Assembly: GCA_963817955.1 (NCBI GenBank)
Contig: CAWFQK010000009.1
Coordinates: 96,001 to 160,000, forward strand
DNA: 64,000 nt
Direction: 5' to 3'
Origin: an uncultured Gemmatimonadaceae bacterium
GTDB taxonomy: Bacteria; Gemmatimonadota; Gemmatimonadetes; Gemmatimonadales; Gemmatimonadaceae
Under the pieces are notes generated by a model. It was not told where the DNA came from, searched no databases, and saw only the letters and a list, made by a program, of their open reading frames with translations. Made by a program: the position numbers and the translations under genes. Below, one piece after another: positions 22,423-32,841 of this stretch. How positions within the stretch are numbered: position 1 is the stretch's first letter; the number at the start of each line of letters is the position of its first letter.

Positions 22423-23070
22423 TCACCCGAACTGACGCGTGAATTCCTCGAAGCGCGCGCGAAGGTCCGCCAATTCGCCGCGCAGCCCCTCGACCATTGC
22501 TTCGAGCGCGGCAATCCGCTCATCGCCGCCCGGAATGCGAACTGCCCGAGGAGCAATCGTGGTGCGATCCTCGGCTACCGCGTCCCCTGATAGCCGGTGC
22601 GCGTACCGCGCCTCCTTCTGTCCCGGGCGTATCGCCAACTGCACCACGAGCTCTCGCGCAACCAACGACGCCAAAGTCTCCTCGATGTCGGCCACGCTCG
22701 CAAACTCGGCGAGCCGGCCCGTCCTTCCCTTGATCTCGCCCGCTGTCTGGGGCCCGCGCAGCATCAGCACGCACATCACTGCCAGCGCAGGTGCGTCGAG
22801 ATTCATCGCATCCGTCATGAGATGCTGGTACTTCATGACGCGCGAATCGCTGCGGTGGATGGCGCGGACGAGTGAGTGCTGCCGCAGGTTATTGATCGCC
22901 CACCGCACGGCGTCTTCGCCCAATTCCATGACCGGGTCGCGGTTGGACGACTGGTTGCACGCGTTCACCAGCGCATTCAGCGACAGCGGATAGGCGTCCG
23001 GTGTCGTGGACTCCTTCTCGATGAGGGAACCGAGAATACGGACTTCGACATCGGTGAGTATGAGCGGCAT
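22423..23070 (-). CDS. YceH/DUF480 family protein
   Basis: EVRILGSLIEK..TTPDAYPLSLNALVNACNQSSNRDPVM, LMLRGPQTAGE. Confidence 0.9.
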   Translation of the reverse strand: MPLILTDVEVRILGSLIEKESTTPDAYPLSLNALVNACNQSSNRDPVMELGEDAVRWAINNLRQHSLVRAIHRSDSRVMKYQHLMTDAMNLDAPALAVMCVLMLRGPQTAGEIKGRTGRLAEFASVADIEETLASLVARELVVQLAIRPGQKEARYAHRLSGDAVAEDRTTIAPRAVRIPGGDERIAALEAMVEGLRGELADLRARFEEFTRQFG

Positions 23071-23082
23071 GGAGAGAAAGTA

Positions 23083-23129
23083 ACGAGAGACGGGAGACGA
23101 GACACGGGAGACGTCTCCCGTCTCCCGTC
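23083..23129. repeat. Inverted pair of heptamer runs (GGGAGAC)n/(GTCTCCC)n
   Basis: acgagagacgggagacgagacacgggagac followed directly by gtctcccgtctcccgtc. Confidence 0.8.
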
Positions 23130-23133
23130 AGCG

Positions 23134-25972
23134 TTACTCCGCCGCCAACAGCATCTCGAGCTCCTCCCGCCCGATCTTCGCCAGCACGCCCTGATCCGCG
23201 CCGAGAATCGCGTCGGCAAGTGCGCGCTTGGATGCCTGCAACTCCAGCACCTTCTCTTCGATCGTCGCTCGCGCCACGAGTCGCGTTGCGATCACGCGCC
23301 GCGTCTGGCCGATGCGATGCGCGCGGTCGATCGCCTGCGCTTCGACAGCCGGATTCCACCAGGGGTCGAGGAGGTACACGTAGTCTGCCGCCGTCAGATT
23401 GAGTCCGTGGCCGCCGGCCTTCAGGCTCACGAGGAACAGCGGCGGCCCGTCCGCGGCCTGAAAATGGTCCACGCGTTGTTCGCGGTCGCGCGTCTGGCCG
23501 TCCAGGTACTCATACGGAATGCCCGCCGCGTCGAGGCGCCAGCGAACGAGGGCGAGAAAGCTCGTGAACTGCGAGAACACCACGGCCTTATGACCTTCGG
23601 CGACGATCTCCTCGAGTGCCGGCACCAGCGCATCGAGCTTCGCGCTCGGCAAATGCACCCTGGTCGAGTCGGCGAGTACCGGGTGGCAGGCTGCCTGGCG
23701 CAGGCGGAGGAGTGCCTCCAGGATGTGCATGCGCGCGCCGCCGATGCCAATTTGATCAACGCGATCGAACACCGTCGCCCGAGTCTGGACGAGCAGATCC
23801 ATGTAGAACTTACGCTGCGGCGGTGTGAGATCCACGTACAGTGTTTGCTCAATGCGTTCAGGCAGCTCGGGTGTCACCTGCTCTTTGGTGCGGCGCAGGA
23901 TGACGGGCCGGAGCGCCCGCTTCAGAATTTCCCGCCCCGCGAGCCGGTCATCCACCGTCGGGTCCGATGCCAGGTCCGCCATGAGCCCGAACGTCGAGGC
24001 GGCGCCGAGCATACCGGGATTCAAGAACTCGATCAAGCTCCAGAGCTCCTGTAGCCGGTTCTCGATCGGCGTGCCGCTGAGCGCGAGGCGATGCCGCGCG
24101 CGCAGCAGGCGCGCGGCCTTGGCGGATCCCGTGTTGGGGTTCTTGATCGCCTGTGCCTCGTCGAGGATGGCATACTCGAACTCGATGCCGCTGAGATCCA
24201 CGATGTCGCGTCGCAGTGTGCCGTACGTCGTGAGCACCACGTCCACGGCACTCGGGTCGATCTCGCTGATGCGCCGCCGCGCGTTACTGAAGTCGATCAG
24301 CCTGAGCGATGGCGTGAATCGCGACGCCTCGCGCGCCCAATTGAAGACCAGCGAACGGGGCACGACGATGATCGAAGGCCGTCGCGCGTGGCTCTCGTTA
24401 TCTCCGGCGGCAGATACACGCAACGAGTCGAGTAGCGCGAGCACCTGCACGGTCTTCCCCAGGCCCATGTCGTCGGCCAAACAGCCGCCCAGTCCGAACT
24501 CGCGCAGGAACTGCAACCAGCCGAGCCCCTCTCGTTGGTATTCGCGGAGTGTTCCGACGAAGCTCGGCGCGGCATCTATGGGTGACACGCCGCTGAAGTC
24601 GTGGATCCGGGTCCGTGCTGTCTGGAACGTTTCATCGACCGATGCCTCCGGCATGGTCGTGAGCAGCGCGTCGAGCAGGCCAACCTGTGACCGTGTGAAT
24701 CGCGTCACGTTCGCCAACGACGATCCGGCGGCGAGCACCGGTCCGAGGCGTGACAGCCACTCCAGGGGGAGCAGCCCGACACTGCCATCGGAGAGAGTCA
24801 CCGTTGTCTGCCGCCTGCGCAGCGCATCCAGCAGGGCAGGGAGTGGCGCGACGACGCCGTCATATTCCACCACCAAGTCGAGATCGAACCAATCGATACC
24901 CGAACGCACCTCGGCGCGCGTCGCACCCGGCGTGCGGTATCGGATGCCGGCTCGCGTCGAGGCCCCACCCCTCGCGGACGAGCTCCACGACGAGCGGGGC
25001 GAGCTTGTTCTTCGGGATCGTGAGCCGCGCGGAATTCGGCGTGAAGTCCAGAGGTTCGCGTGCGCCGGAGGCCATGAGCCGATTCCGCGCTTCACGCTCT
25101 GCCTCACGATCCCGGCGGTACAACGTGAGGTGTCCCTTGTCGAAAACGGTTTCGTGTGGATGATCGCTTTGGATCCGCACGGTCCCATACTGAAACCCCA
25201 ACACCAGTGCCGGTGGAGGCTTCCTCCAGGGCGACGGATCGGGTGTGATCGAGAGCCACGGCCGCGGCGAGCCCTGCTGCTCTGCGATGGAGATATCGTC
25301 CGGGAGCGCAATGACCGGCGGATGCGGGAGTGCGTACAACGTCTCGAGCAGATCGGGCAATTCCCCTTCGGCAAGCGGCACTCGCGGCACCGCACGCAGG
25401 GTAGCGGCAATCATGAATGCGCCGCCGTGGTCGAAGCGGGCGAACGTATCGTCTACATAAAGCACGCCTGAGGGGTGAAGCACGAGCGGCGTGGAGAGCG
25501 CCATCGTTTCGTCATCGCGCGACAGGGCGCCGCTGAGGATGCCTGCTCCTGTTTCGTCTCGGTGGACGCGGAGCTCGAGTCGCCAGGGCTCACCGGCGTC
25601 CCAGCCTGCGGCCTTGCGCTGCCGGTCGCTAGCGGACAGCTGAAGATGACATCGACCGGTGGCGCATATGGCGGCGAGCGTCGTGTCGAACGCTCTGTCG
25701 CGGAGCATGAAACTCGACGTCATCGGCGTTCTGCCCGACCGATATTCGTCGATGCGGGGGCCGAGCAGCAACCGCGCGATGTCGCGGTCTGCGGGATCGG
25801 GCGCGGCGAGCCAGGCGTCGGCGCTGAGGCGAAGCGGGGGCGAGTCGGGCGATGCGTGGCCGGGCGTGACCGTTTCGGTCGTTACTTCCACGCAGAGCCC
25901 CTCGGCGTGCGAGCGGGCGGCGGGATCGACGACGTAGATCAGCCGGACATTTTCCGGGAAGGGATCCGGCAT
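23134..25972 (-). CDS. SNF2-family helicase with one frameshift near 24950
   Basis: LREYQ, LADDMGLGKT, DEAQ, LSGTPIEN, DPWWNPAVE.QA.DRAHRIGQ; the N-terminal part is in ORF 24860..26020. Confidence 0.85.
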
Positions 25973-25986
25973 GCATGGAAGATAAT

Positions 25987-26023
25987 AGACACGAGACACG
26001 GGACACGAGACACGAGACACGGG
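25987..26023. repeat. Heptamer tandem repeat (GACACGR)5
   Basis: agacacgagacacgggacacgagacacgagacacggg in a divergent intergenic gap. Confidence 0.9.
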
Positions 26024-26074
26024 ATGCCTGTCATCATTCTGGCTGCTGGGCGAGGTCTACTGTAACTTTGTCTC

Positions 26075-27256
26075 ATGCCCTCCATCCTTTCTCCAGAGAA
26101 GTCGCTCTCGCTCGTGCCCGATCTCGCGCGCACCACGAATCCATCGGTGTGGGTCTACCGATTCAAGCATCCGCAGCAGGCATGGACACTCAGCATTGCG
26201 ACGCACGCCGAGCCGGGGTCGGACAAACTCTCGCTCGGCGGCTTTCGTATTGCGCCGCGGGAGCGGACGGACGCGGTGGGATTCGATCCGGATCGTGAGG
26301 CCGTTGGTCTTGCGATGGGAATGGAGGAGAAGGTCTACTGGTCGCGACTCATCGACGTCGGAGGGCCGCTCGCGCGGCGGGACATGAGCCGCATCGTGGG
26401 TGGAAAATGCGTCCTCAACCCCACCGCCGACTCGCGCGTGGGACAACCGCGCGATTTCGAGATGCTCGATTGGGCCATCGAGTGCTTTCGCGCCTTCGAA
26501 TCGAAGGCGGGTGTGCGCCTCACGACCGGCCAGGATCTCGGGCATGGTTGCATGTCCGACGGAAAGACTCAATCGCTCGACTATCTGAGCGAGCGCTTTG
26601 CCGGCAGTGTTCGCGCCGACACGTCGAAGCCGACCGGAGAAGGGAACTACTTCGTACTCCAGGGCATGCTACGTGGCGTCGGGATTCCGATCGAGCGCGC
26701 AACGGTGGGGCTCATTGGCGTGGGCAACATCGGCCAGCACATGTTCGAACGCCTGAATGCGGTTGGGGCCCGGGTCATCGCTGTCGAAGCGCGCGAAGAT
26801 CGCCGCGCGCCGCTCATTGCCGCCGGACACGTCGCCTGGCCCGCCACGCAGAAAGCCCAACTGCTCCGGCAGCCGATCGACGCACTCGTCGTCAACGCTG
26901 CTGGAGGCTCTCTCGATTCGGCCACCATCAACCAGTGCGTGGCGAACCCGCGACTCAAGGTGATCTGCGGTTCCGAGAACCTCGTCATGCCGAACGCTGA
27001 TGACGCCACCCGTCTGCGCATCGCAAAGAAATCGTATTGCCCCACGGAGCTCGGCGGCATGATGGGCTATCTCACCGCGGTAGAAGAGTTCCTTGCGCAC
27101 CTGGAGCACGTGCCATTCGACGTACGCGCACTGTACGAAGCCGCGAAGCTTCTCGAGCCGGCGGCGTACCGCGCTACGGCGCTCCAGGAGCAACGCTCGT
27201 ATGCGATCAGTTTCGAAGACGCGATACGCTCGATATTCGGTCCCGGCGTGGTCTGA
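26075..27256 (+). CDS. Divergent Glu/Leu/Phe/Val dehydrogenase family protein
   Basis: LGGFR, LAMGMEEK, GGKCV, TGQDLG, DTSKPT, GLIGVGNIG, ICGSEN. Confidence 0.72.
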   Translation: MPSILSPEKSLSLVPDLARTTNPSVWVYRFKHPQQAWTLSIATHAEPGSDKLSLGGFRIAPRERTDAVGFDPDREAVGLAMGMEEKVYWSRLIDVGGPLARRDMSRIVGGKCVLNPTADSRVGQPRDFEMLDWAIECFRAFESKAGVRLTTGQDLGHGCMSDGKTQSLDYLSERFAGSVRADTSKPTGEGNYFVLQGMLRGVGIPIERATVGLIGVGNIGQHMFERLNAVGARVIAVEAREDRRAPLIAAGHVAWPATQKAQLLRQPIDALVVNAAGGSLDSATINQCVANPRLKVICGSENLVMPNADDATRLRIAKKSYCPTELGGMMGYLTAVEEFLAHLEHVPFDVRALYEAAKLLEPAAYRATALQEQRSYAISFEDAIRSIFGPGVV

Positions 27257-27259
27257 TCG

Positions 27260-28039
27260 TCACGCCCGCGACGCGAAAGCCGCGATCGCGCTACGGGTGT
27301 AGTCCGAGAGCACGAGTGTGCCGCTCATCGCGGCGCGCTCTTCGAGAAGGCGCGGCCACGCATCGGTTCCTCGCCACGTCATGCGCTTGATGCGCGCCAC
27401 GGCGTCAGGATTCGCCGCGGCGACCGAGCGTGCGATCCCATCTACGGCACGGTCGAGCGCATCGACGTCATCTACGACTCGCGCGTACAAGCCGTGACGC
27501 TCGCCCCATGAGGCGTCGCGCCACTCGGTGTCGATCGTCATCGCGGCGAACGGGCCCCCGCCGATCTTGCGCTCGATCACCGGCCCCACTACGAATGGAC
27601 CAATGCCGATCGCGAGCTCGCTCAGTCGCAGCGACGCCTGCTGCGTCGCGATGGCATAGTCCGACGCCGCCACCAACCCGACGCCGCCCCCCACCGCCTT
27701 GCCGTGAACCCGCGTCACGATGGCCTTGGGGCAACTCGTCATGGCGATGATGACACGCGCAAACCCCATGAAGAATTCCTTGCCGGCCGCGCGATTGGCG
27801 ATCGCCGTGAGCTCGTCGAACGACGCACCGGCGCAGAACGCGCCTGTGCCGTAGCTGCGGAGCACGATCACGCGCACGTCGTCGCGCGTGGCGAGGGCGT
27901 TGATTTCGTGCGCCAGCGCGGCGAGCACCGTTGCCGGAAGCGAGTTGCTCTTCGGATGACCGAACGCCACGTCGGCCACGCCGTCGATCACAAAGGTCGA
28001 CACCATGCCGCTGGGCGCGAGAGCGGGATGTGCGGTCAT
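27260..28039 (-). CDS. Enoyl-CoA hydratase/isomerase (methylglutaconyl-CoA hydratase-like)
   Basis: AFCAGA, HGKAVGGGVGLVAASD, LSELAIG. Confidence 0.88.
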   Translation of the reverse strand: MTAHPALAPSGMVSTFVIDGVADVAFGHPKSNSLPATVLAALAHEINALATRDDVRVIVLRSYGTGAFCAGASFDELTAIANRAAGKEFFMGFARVIIAMTSCPKAIVTRVHGKAVGGGVGLVAASDYAIATQQASLRLSELAIGIGPFVVGPVIERKIGGGPFAAMTIDTEWRDASWGERHGLYARVVDDVDALDRAVDGIARSVAAANPDAVARIKRMTWRGTDAWPRLLEERAAMSGTLVLSDYTRSAIAAFASRA

Positions 28040-28064
28040 GGTGTGCAACGACGCGTGCATGCCA

Positions 28065-28794
28065 TCACTGGCCGAGGTGGACGCGCAAGCCGGCGCGGAA
28101 AGCGCCGAGCGTCGTATTCTTGAGCACATCGCAGCCGCTCTGAGTGCAGGCGCCGCCCGGCGTCGGCAGTCCCTGCGCGAGACCGGTGAATGCGTAGGTG
28201 TACGTCGCTTCTCCGAAAATCGCAGTTCGGCCGGCGATCTGGCGATCCACACCAGTGCTGATGTTAAAGGTCGCGCCCGTGCGACGCTGCTGTGACGTGG
28301 TGGACGTCGAACCGTTCGACGTGTAGGTCACTGTGCCGGGTTGAAAACTCAGAAAACCAAACCCGGCATTCACAAAGGGCATGACGTATGGCGACGGAAT
28401 TCTGACGCGCAGATTGGCGGCGATGGAGAAGACCTGTGCAGACGACCCGCTCGCCGACGTCGCTGCTGCCCCCCCCGTCGGCGTCCGGAAGTCGGAGAGG
28501 AACTGCGGTGCGTTCAGTGGCAGCCTCGCGTAATCCATGCTCAACCCAAAGCCGCTCAGGCTCACGTCACGCGATCCGCTTCCCCAGTTTTCCCACACCA
28601 GGCTGACCGCGTTGCCCCGGTCCCATTCGCGCAGGGTGCCCTGTGGATGCAGGGGAGAGGTTACGCCGGCCGACACGCGCAGGTAGTCGCCCCCGGTGAG
28701 CCCCCCGGCCATGTCTCTGGCATCCTGCGCGCGTGCGACCTGGAGCGGACGCGATCGATACAAGCAGTGGCACGAATAACAGACGAGCACGCAT
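28065..28794 (-). CDS. Outer-membrane beta-barrel protein, probable +1 frameshift near 28747
   Basis: Signal peptide MRARLLFVPLLVSIAS joins LQVARAQ if one base is removed; amphipathic strands and a C-terminal FRAGLRVHL. Confidence 0.6.
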
Positions 28795-28910
28795 TCGACC
28801 TCGACGGTAATGGACCGAACTGGAATCTATTCGGGCGCGTCTGCTGGCGACTAGATTGCGAGCACGAGCCCACGGCGGTTGCGGCAGTTTCTTGACGCGG
28901 AGTCCAGGCC

Positions 28911-29879
28911 ATGGCCAACCAATCGGTTGAAAGTGCTCCGACGGCAGAGGATTCCGCGCAGATCGCGGAATTCGAGGCACGGATTGCCCGCGGTGACAGC
29001 ATCGAGCCCAAGGACTGGATGCCGGTGCGCTACCGCAAGCAGCTCATTCGGATGATGTCGCAACATGCGCATTCCGAAGTCGTGGGCATGCTGCCGGAAG
29101 GCAACTGGATCACGAGGGCGCCGAGCCTGCGGCGCAAGGCGGCGCTCATCGCCAAGGTGCAGGACGAGGCCGGCCACGGTCTGTACATCTACTGCGCCAC
29201 GGAGACGCTCGGCGTCGATCGCCAACAGCTGATCGAGCAACTACTCGCCGGCACGGCGAAGTACTCCAGCATCTTCAACTATCCCACCTTGTCGTGGGCG
29301 GACATTGGCTGCATTGGCTGGTTCGTGGATGGGGCGGCGATCGTCAATCAGACGATGTTGGCGCATGCGAGCTACGGACCGTACGCGCGTGCGATGGTGC
29401 GGATCTGCAAGGAAGAGAACTTCCACAAGCGTCAGGGCTACGAGATCATGGCGACGCTGGCCAGCGGCACGCCCGAGCAGCGTGACATGGCACAGGGCGC
29501 GGTGAATCGGTGGTGGTGGCCGTCACTCATGATGTTCGGCCCGCCCGACAGCCAATCGTCGAATTCTGACGAGCTGATGCGGTGGGGCGTGAAGAAGAAG
29601 AGCAATGACGAGCTCCGACAGCGATTCGTCGACCTGACCGTTCGGCAGGCCAAGGCGATCAACGTCACCCTTCCTGATCCTCACCTCACGTACAACGAGG
29701 AGACGGAGCACTGGGATTTCGGCCCGATAGACTGGGACGAGTTCAGGCGCGTGGTTCAGGGCGATGGACCGTGCAACCGCGAGCGCCTGGCGGCGCGCCG
29801 CCAGGCACACGCCGACGGGGAGTGGGTGCGCTTGGCCGCCGTGGCGTACGCCGACAAACATCACCAGGAACGACGATGA
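28911..29879 (+). CDS. paaA: Phenylacetyl-CoA epoxidase subunit A
   Basis: [43 protein letters not shown]. Confidence 0.96.
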   Translation: MANQSVESAPTAEDSAQIAEFEARIARGDSIEPKDWMPVRYRKQLIRMMSQHAHSEVVGMLPEGNWITRAPSLRRKAALIAKVQDEAGHGLYIYCATETLGVDRQQLIEQLLAGTAKYSSIFNYPTLSWADIGCIGWFVDGAAIVNQTMLAHASYGPYARAMVRICKEENFHKRQGYEIMATLASGTPEQRDMAQGAVNRWWWPSLMMFGPPDSQSSNSDELMRWGVKKKSNDELRQRFVDLTVRQAKAINVTLPDPHLTYNEETEHWDFGPIDWDEFRRVVQGDGPCNRERLAARRQAHADGEWVRLAAVAYADKHHQERR

Positions 29880-30178
29880 ACGACGCGAGGACTGCCGACT
29901 CCCAGTGGCCGCTCTGGGAGGTCTTCCTGCAGCCGCCCAAGGGGGCGGCACACGAGCACGCCGGCAGCGTGCACGCCGTCACCGCGGAGCAGGCGCTCCA
30001 GAACGCGCGCGACGTATACGCTCGCCGCGGCGAGACCGTGAACATCTGGGTGGTGCCGAGCGCGGCGATCACCGCATCGACGCCCGAGGACATGGGGCCA
30101 TTCTTCGACCCGGGAAACGACAAGCCGTACCGGCACCCGCAGTTCTACAAGGTGCCCCGTGGGGTAAAAGTATTCTAA
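29876..30178 (+). CDS. paaB: Phenylacetyl-CoA epoxidase subunit B
   Basis: [32 protein letters not shown]. Confidence 0.95.
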   Translation: MNDARTADSQWPLWEVFLQPPKGAAHEHAGSVHAVTAEQALQNARDVYARRGETVNIWVVPSAAITASTPEDMGPFFDPGNDKPYRHPQFYKVPRGVKVF

Positions 30179-30196
30179 TGCAAAGGTCCATACGCC

Positions 30197-30949
30197 ATGT
30201 CTGACGCCTCGGTCGCCTATCTGCTGCGGCTTGCCGACGACCGTCTGGTGCTCGGCCACCGGCTGTCGGAGTGGTGCGGTCACGGCCCCATCCTGGAGGA
30301 GGACATCGCGCTCGCCAACATGGCGCTCGATCTGATCGGCAATGCCACGTTGCTGTTCACCGTGGCCGGCGAGTGCGAGGGGCGCGGGCGGAACGAGGAC
30401 GCGCTGGCCTACCTCCGCGACGCTGTCGACTTTCGCAATGCCTTGATCGTCGAGCTTCCGAAGGGTGACTTCGGCTTCACGATCGTGCGCCAGTACCTGT
30501 TCAGCGTCTATTCGCTCCTGCAGATGGAGGCCCTGCAGCGCAGCACGAATGCTGATCTCGGGGGAATCGCGGCCAAGGCGGTGAAGGAAGCGCGGTACCA
30601 CGTGCGGCACACGGCCCAGTGGGTGGTCACGCTCGGCGACGGCACCGCGGATAGTCACACCCGAGCACAGAACGCGCTCGATGATCTGTGGCGATACACC
30701 GGTGAGCTGTTCATGACGGACGTCGTGGATCAGGAGGCTGCGAGCTCGGGGCTCGGCATTGATCCAGCGACCCTTGCCCAGGCCTGGCGCGCACAGGTGG
30801 AGGATGTCCTGCAGCGCGCTACGCTGACCATTCCGAACGTCAGCTACATGCAGCGCGGCGGACGCGACGGGTTGCACACTGAGCATCTCGGGCACCTGTT
30901 GGCGGAGATGCAGATCGTTGCTCGCTCGCATCCTGGGGCGGCTTGGTGA
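30197..30949 (+). CDS. paaC: Phenylacetyl-CoA epoxidase subunit C
   Basis: LGHRLSEWCGHGPILEEDIA, KEARYH, HTEHLGHLLAEMQ. Confidence 0.95.
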   Translation: MSDASVAYLLRLADDRLVLGHRLSEWCGHGPILEEDIALANMALDLIGNATLLFTVAGECEGRGRNEDALAYLRDAVDFRNALIVELPKGDFGFTIVRQYLFSVYSLLQMEALQRSTNADLGGIAAKAVKEARYHVRHTAQWVVTLGDGTADSHTRAQNALDDLWRYTGELFMTDVVDQEAASSGLGIDPATLAQAWRAQVEDVLQRATLTIPNVSYMQRGGRDGLHTEHLGHLLAEMQIVARSHPGAAW

Positions 30950-31452
30950 CGACCCACGACGTGCCGTCGCGTGGCGATCTGTTCGAGATCCTCGACGCCG
31001 TGAAGGATCCTGAAGTGCCTGTGATCAGCATTGTGGAACTGGGCATTGTGCGAGACGCCCAGGCGACACAGGCGGGCGTGGAGGTTACGGTGACGCCCAC
31101 GTATTCCGGGTGTCCGGCCATGCGAGAGATCGAGACGGAGATCCGCCGCGTGCTCCAGGAGCAGGGGTTTGGCCCGGTGACGATTCGGACGGTGTACTCG
31201 CCGGCCTGGACTACGGATTGGATAGGCGCCGCGGCGCGGGAGAAGCTCGAGTCCTACGGCATTGCGCCGCCCCGCCCGGTGGACGCTTCTGACGAGTTGG
31301 TCACCATTGGCCGACGGGTGGCGCCGCCTCGCTGTCCATACTGCAAATCGACGCAGACCGTGCGGCAAAGCGAGTTCGGGTCGACGGCCTGCAAGGCGAT
31401 CTGGCTCTGTCGCGACTGCCGTCAGCCGTTCGAGGAGTTCAAGGCGATCTGA
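30946..31452 (+). CDS. paaD: Phenylacetyl-CoA epoxidase subunit D
   Basis: DPEVPVISIVELG, TPTYSGCPA, CPYC..FGSTACKA..C..C.QPFE.FK. Confidence 0.95.
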   Translation: MTTHDVPSRGDLFEILDAVKDPEVPVISIVELGIVRDAQATQAGVEVTVTPTYSGCPAMREIETEIRRVLQEQGFGPVTIRTVYSPAWTTDWIGAAAREKLESYGIAPPRPVDASDELVTIGRRVAPPRCPYCKSTQTVRQSEFGSTACKAIWLCRDCRQPFEEFKAI

Positions 31453-31465
31453 CGGCGGTGGTCCA

Positions 31466-31918
31466 TCACCGCTGCAATGGCAGCGTCGTGGTCTCCTTCA
31501 CGGTCGTCAAGGCGATCGACGTGCGCGCCCGCGCCACTCCGTATTTGTCCTTGAGCGTGTTCGTCAGGAACCGCTCCAGGTCTCCGGTCGTCCGGCAGCG
31601 CACCTTCAGCAAATAGTCGTCGTCGCCGGCAATGTGGTGGCATTCCACCACTTGCTCGTGCCTGGCAATGCCCTTGAGGAACGCCGGCCGGTGAGCCGGA
31701 TCGCCGAGCGTGACGTGCACGAAGGCGAGCAGGGGCAACCCGAGCGCATCGGGATTGGCGATCGCACGATATCCAACGATGATCGCGTGCTCCTCGAGCT
31801 TGCGCACGCGCTCCGCCGCCGCAGGCGGCGAGAGCGCGAGCGCCTCACCGACCTCCGTCCACGGAGCGCGGCCCCGCTCCATCAGCAGTGCGAGCGCCTT
31901 GTAATCCAAATCATCCAT
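31466..31918 (-). CDS. Lrp/AsnC family regulator
   Basis: LSPPAAAERVRKLE...GYRA, ECHHIAGDDDYLLKV. Confidence 0.93.
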   Translation of the reverse strand: MDDLDYKALALLMERGRAPWTEVGEALALSPPAAAERVRKLEEHAIIVGYRAIANPDALGLPLLAFVHVTLGDPAHRPAFLKGIARHEQVVECHHIAGDDDYLLKVRCRTTGDLERFLTNTLKDKYGVARARTSIALTTVKETTTLPLQR

Positions 31919-31946
31919 GGGTTCTCACCTTTGACAAACTCGTCCA

Positions 31947-32004
31947 TTGACGATCAATACCGTTGATAGTAAAGTTCCGACATGAAGTAACGAACTATTC
32001 GTTA
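31947..32004 (+). promoter_or_regulatory. Sigma70-like promoter with two palindromic operator candidates
   Basis: TTGACG (31947)-17 nt-TAAAGT (31970); ATCAA-N5-TTGAT (31953-31967); TAACGAA-N3-TTCGTTA (31988-32004). Confidence 0.55.
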
Positions 32005-32038
32005 GCTGACGTGTCCTTCTATCCGGGAGGAGGAGAAC

Positions 32039-32311
32039 GTGATGGCAGCCGAGCGTCTGTTCGGGTCGCTGCGCGAAATCGTGCATGCGTTTACCCATAG
32101 GATTCGCCGCGCGTCATACGCGCCGGCGCGCGCGACCTTCAGCCCACCGGGCGACCTGTCAGTTACCGCCTTCAGGCGCGCAACGCGCACCGAATGCGAC
32201 GACGACGATCACCCCGAGCGATATCGCGAGATCGTGTTGATGAACGATCATGCCGTCTCTCGCATGTTCGACCGCCGTCAGAGCCCGCAGCCCGAGGCTT
32301 GGCCCGACTGA
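32039..32311 (+). CDS. Small hypothetical ORF (possibly a degenerate transposase piece)
   Basis: Strong GGAGGAGGAG RBS before GTGATG; no recognisable family. Confidence 0.35.
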   Translation: MMAAERLFGSLREIVHAFTHRIRRASYAPARATFSPPGDLSVTAFRRATRTECDDDDHPERYREIVLMNDHAVSRMFDRRQSPQPEAWPD

Positions 32312-32329
32312 CCGGCTGACGACGACCGG

Positions 32330-32516
32330 GCTGGTGTGGCGTGCGAAACGACTCGCCAACGAGAAGCTCGTGTCGCTCGTGGAGGCGCACACTGACGTGC
32401 TGGTCAAGGATCGGCGCGCCACGTACTACGGCCACAGGATCTATTTCACGACGGGCCGCTCGGGGCTGAGCCTCGACTGTGCGATCCCGAAAGGGAATCC
32501 GGGAGATGTCCTCTGA
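32330..32516 (+). pseudogene. DDE transposase remnant (IS5/ISNCY-like)
   Basis: EKLVSLVEAHTDVLVKDRRATYYGHRIYFTTGRSGLSLDCAIPKGNPGD resembles the EK.VS.FE.HTD...K.....GHK.......LI.D.....GNP.D transposase segment; truncated by TGA. Confidence 0.65.
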
Positions 32517-32841
32517 CACTGACACTCTCCCCGGCTTTGGTATCGGCGGATTTCCGATGCTGGTTGGTCACGCGAGCCGCTCGGCTGTCAGACCCTCCAT
32601 ACATCATGCAGCGGAGGCAACTCCGATATGAGCAGCTTCGCGCGCAGCTCGTCGCGGCCGAGTTCCGGACGACAGACGTCAAACACCAGCTCGAGCGGCT
32701 GCGCGAAAGCTTGCTCGCCTCGAAATCGCCGAGGGCGACGCCGTGCAGATAGAGATCTGGCAGCATCGCCCCAACCTCGTTCATCAACTTCGTATCGCCC
32801 GATGCCTTGATTCTCTGCTCGGCGCACTGCATAACTGTCCT

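Noticed and set aside
23134..25972. Programmed frameshift or defence role for the SNF2 helicase
   Set aside because: No slippery motif seen at the shift, other stray indels exist in the window, and no defence partner genes are adjacent.
32162..32279. Two repeat-like strings upstream of cas3 (GTTACCGCCTTCAGGCG, GTTCGACCGCCGT)
   Set aside because: They are 104 bp apart, gapped, and lack the handle; chance similarity is plausible in GC-rich sequence.
32606..32752. Short coiled-coil-like ORF MQRRQLRYEQL before cas3
   Set aside because: 48 codons, no clear RBS and no recognisable family; cannot be supported.
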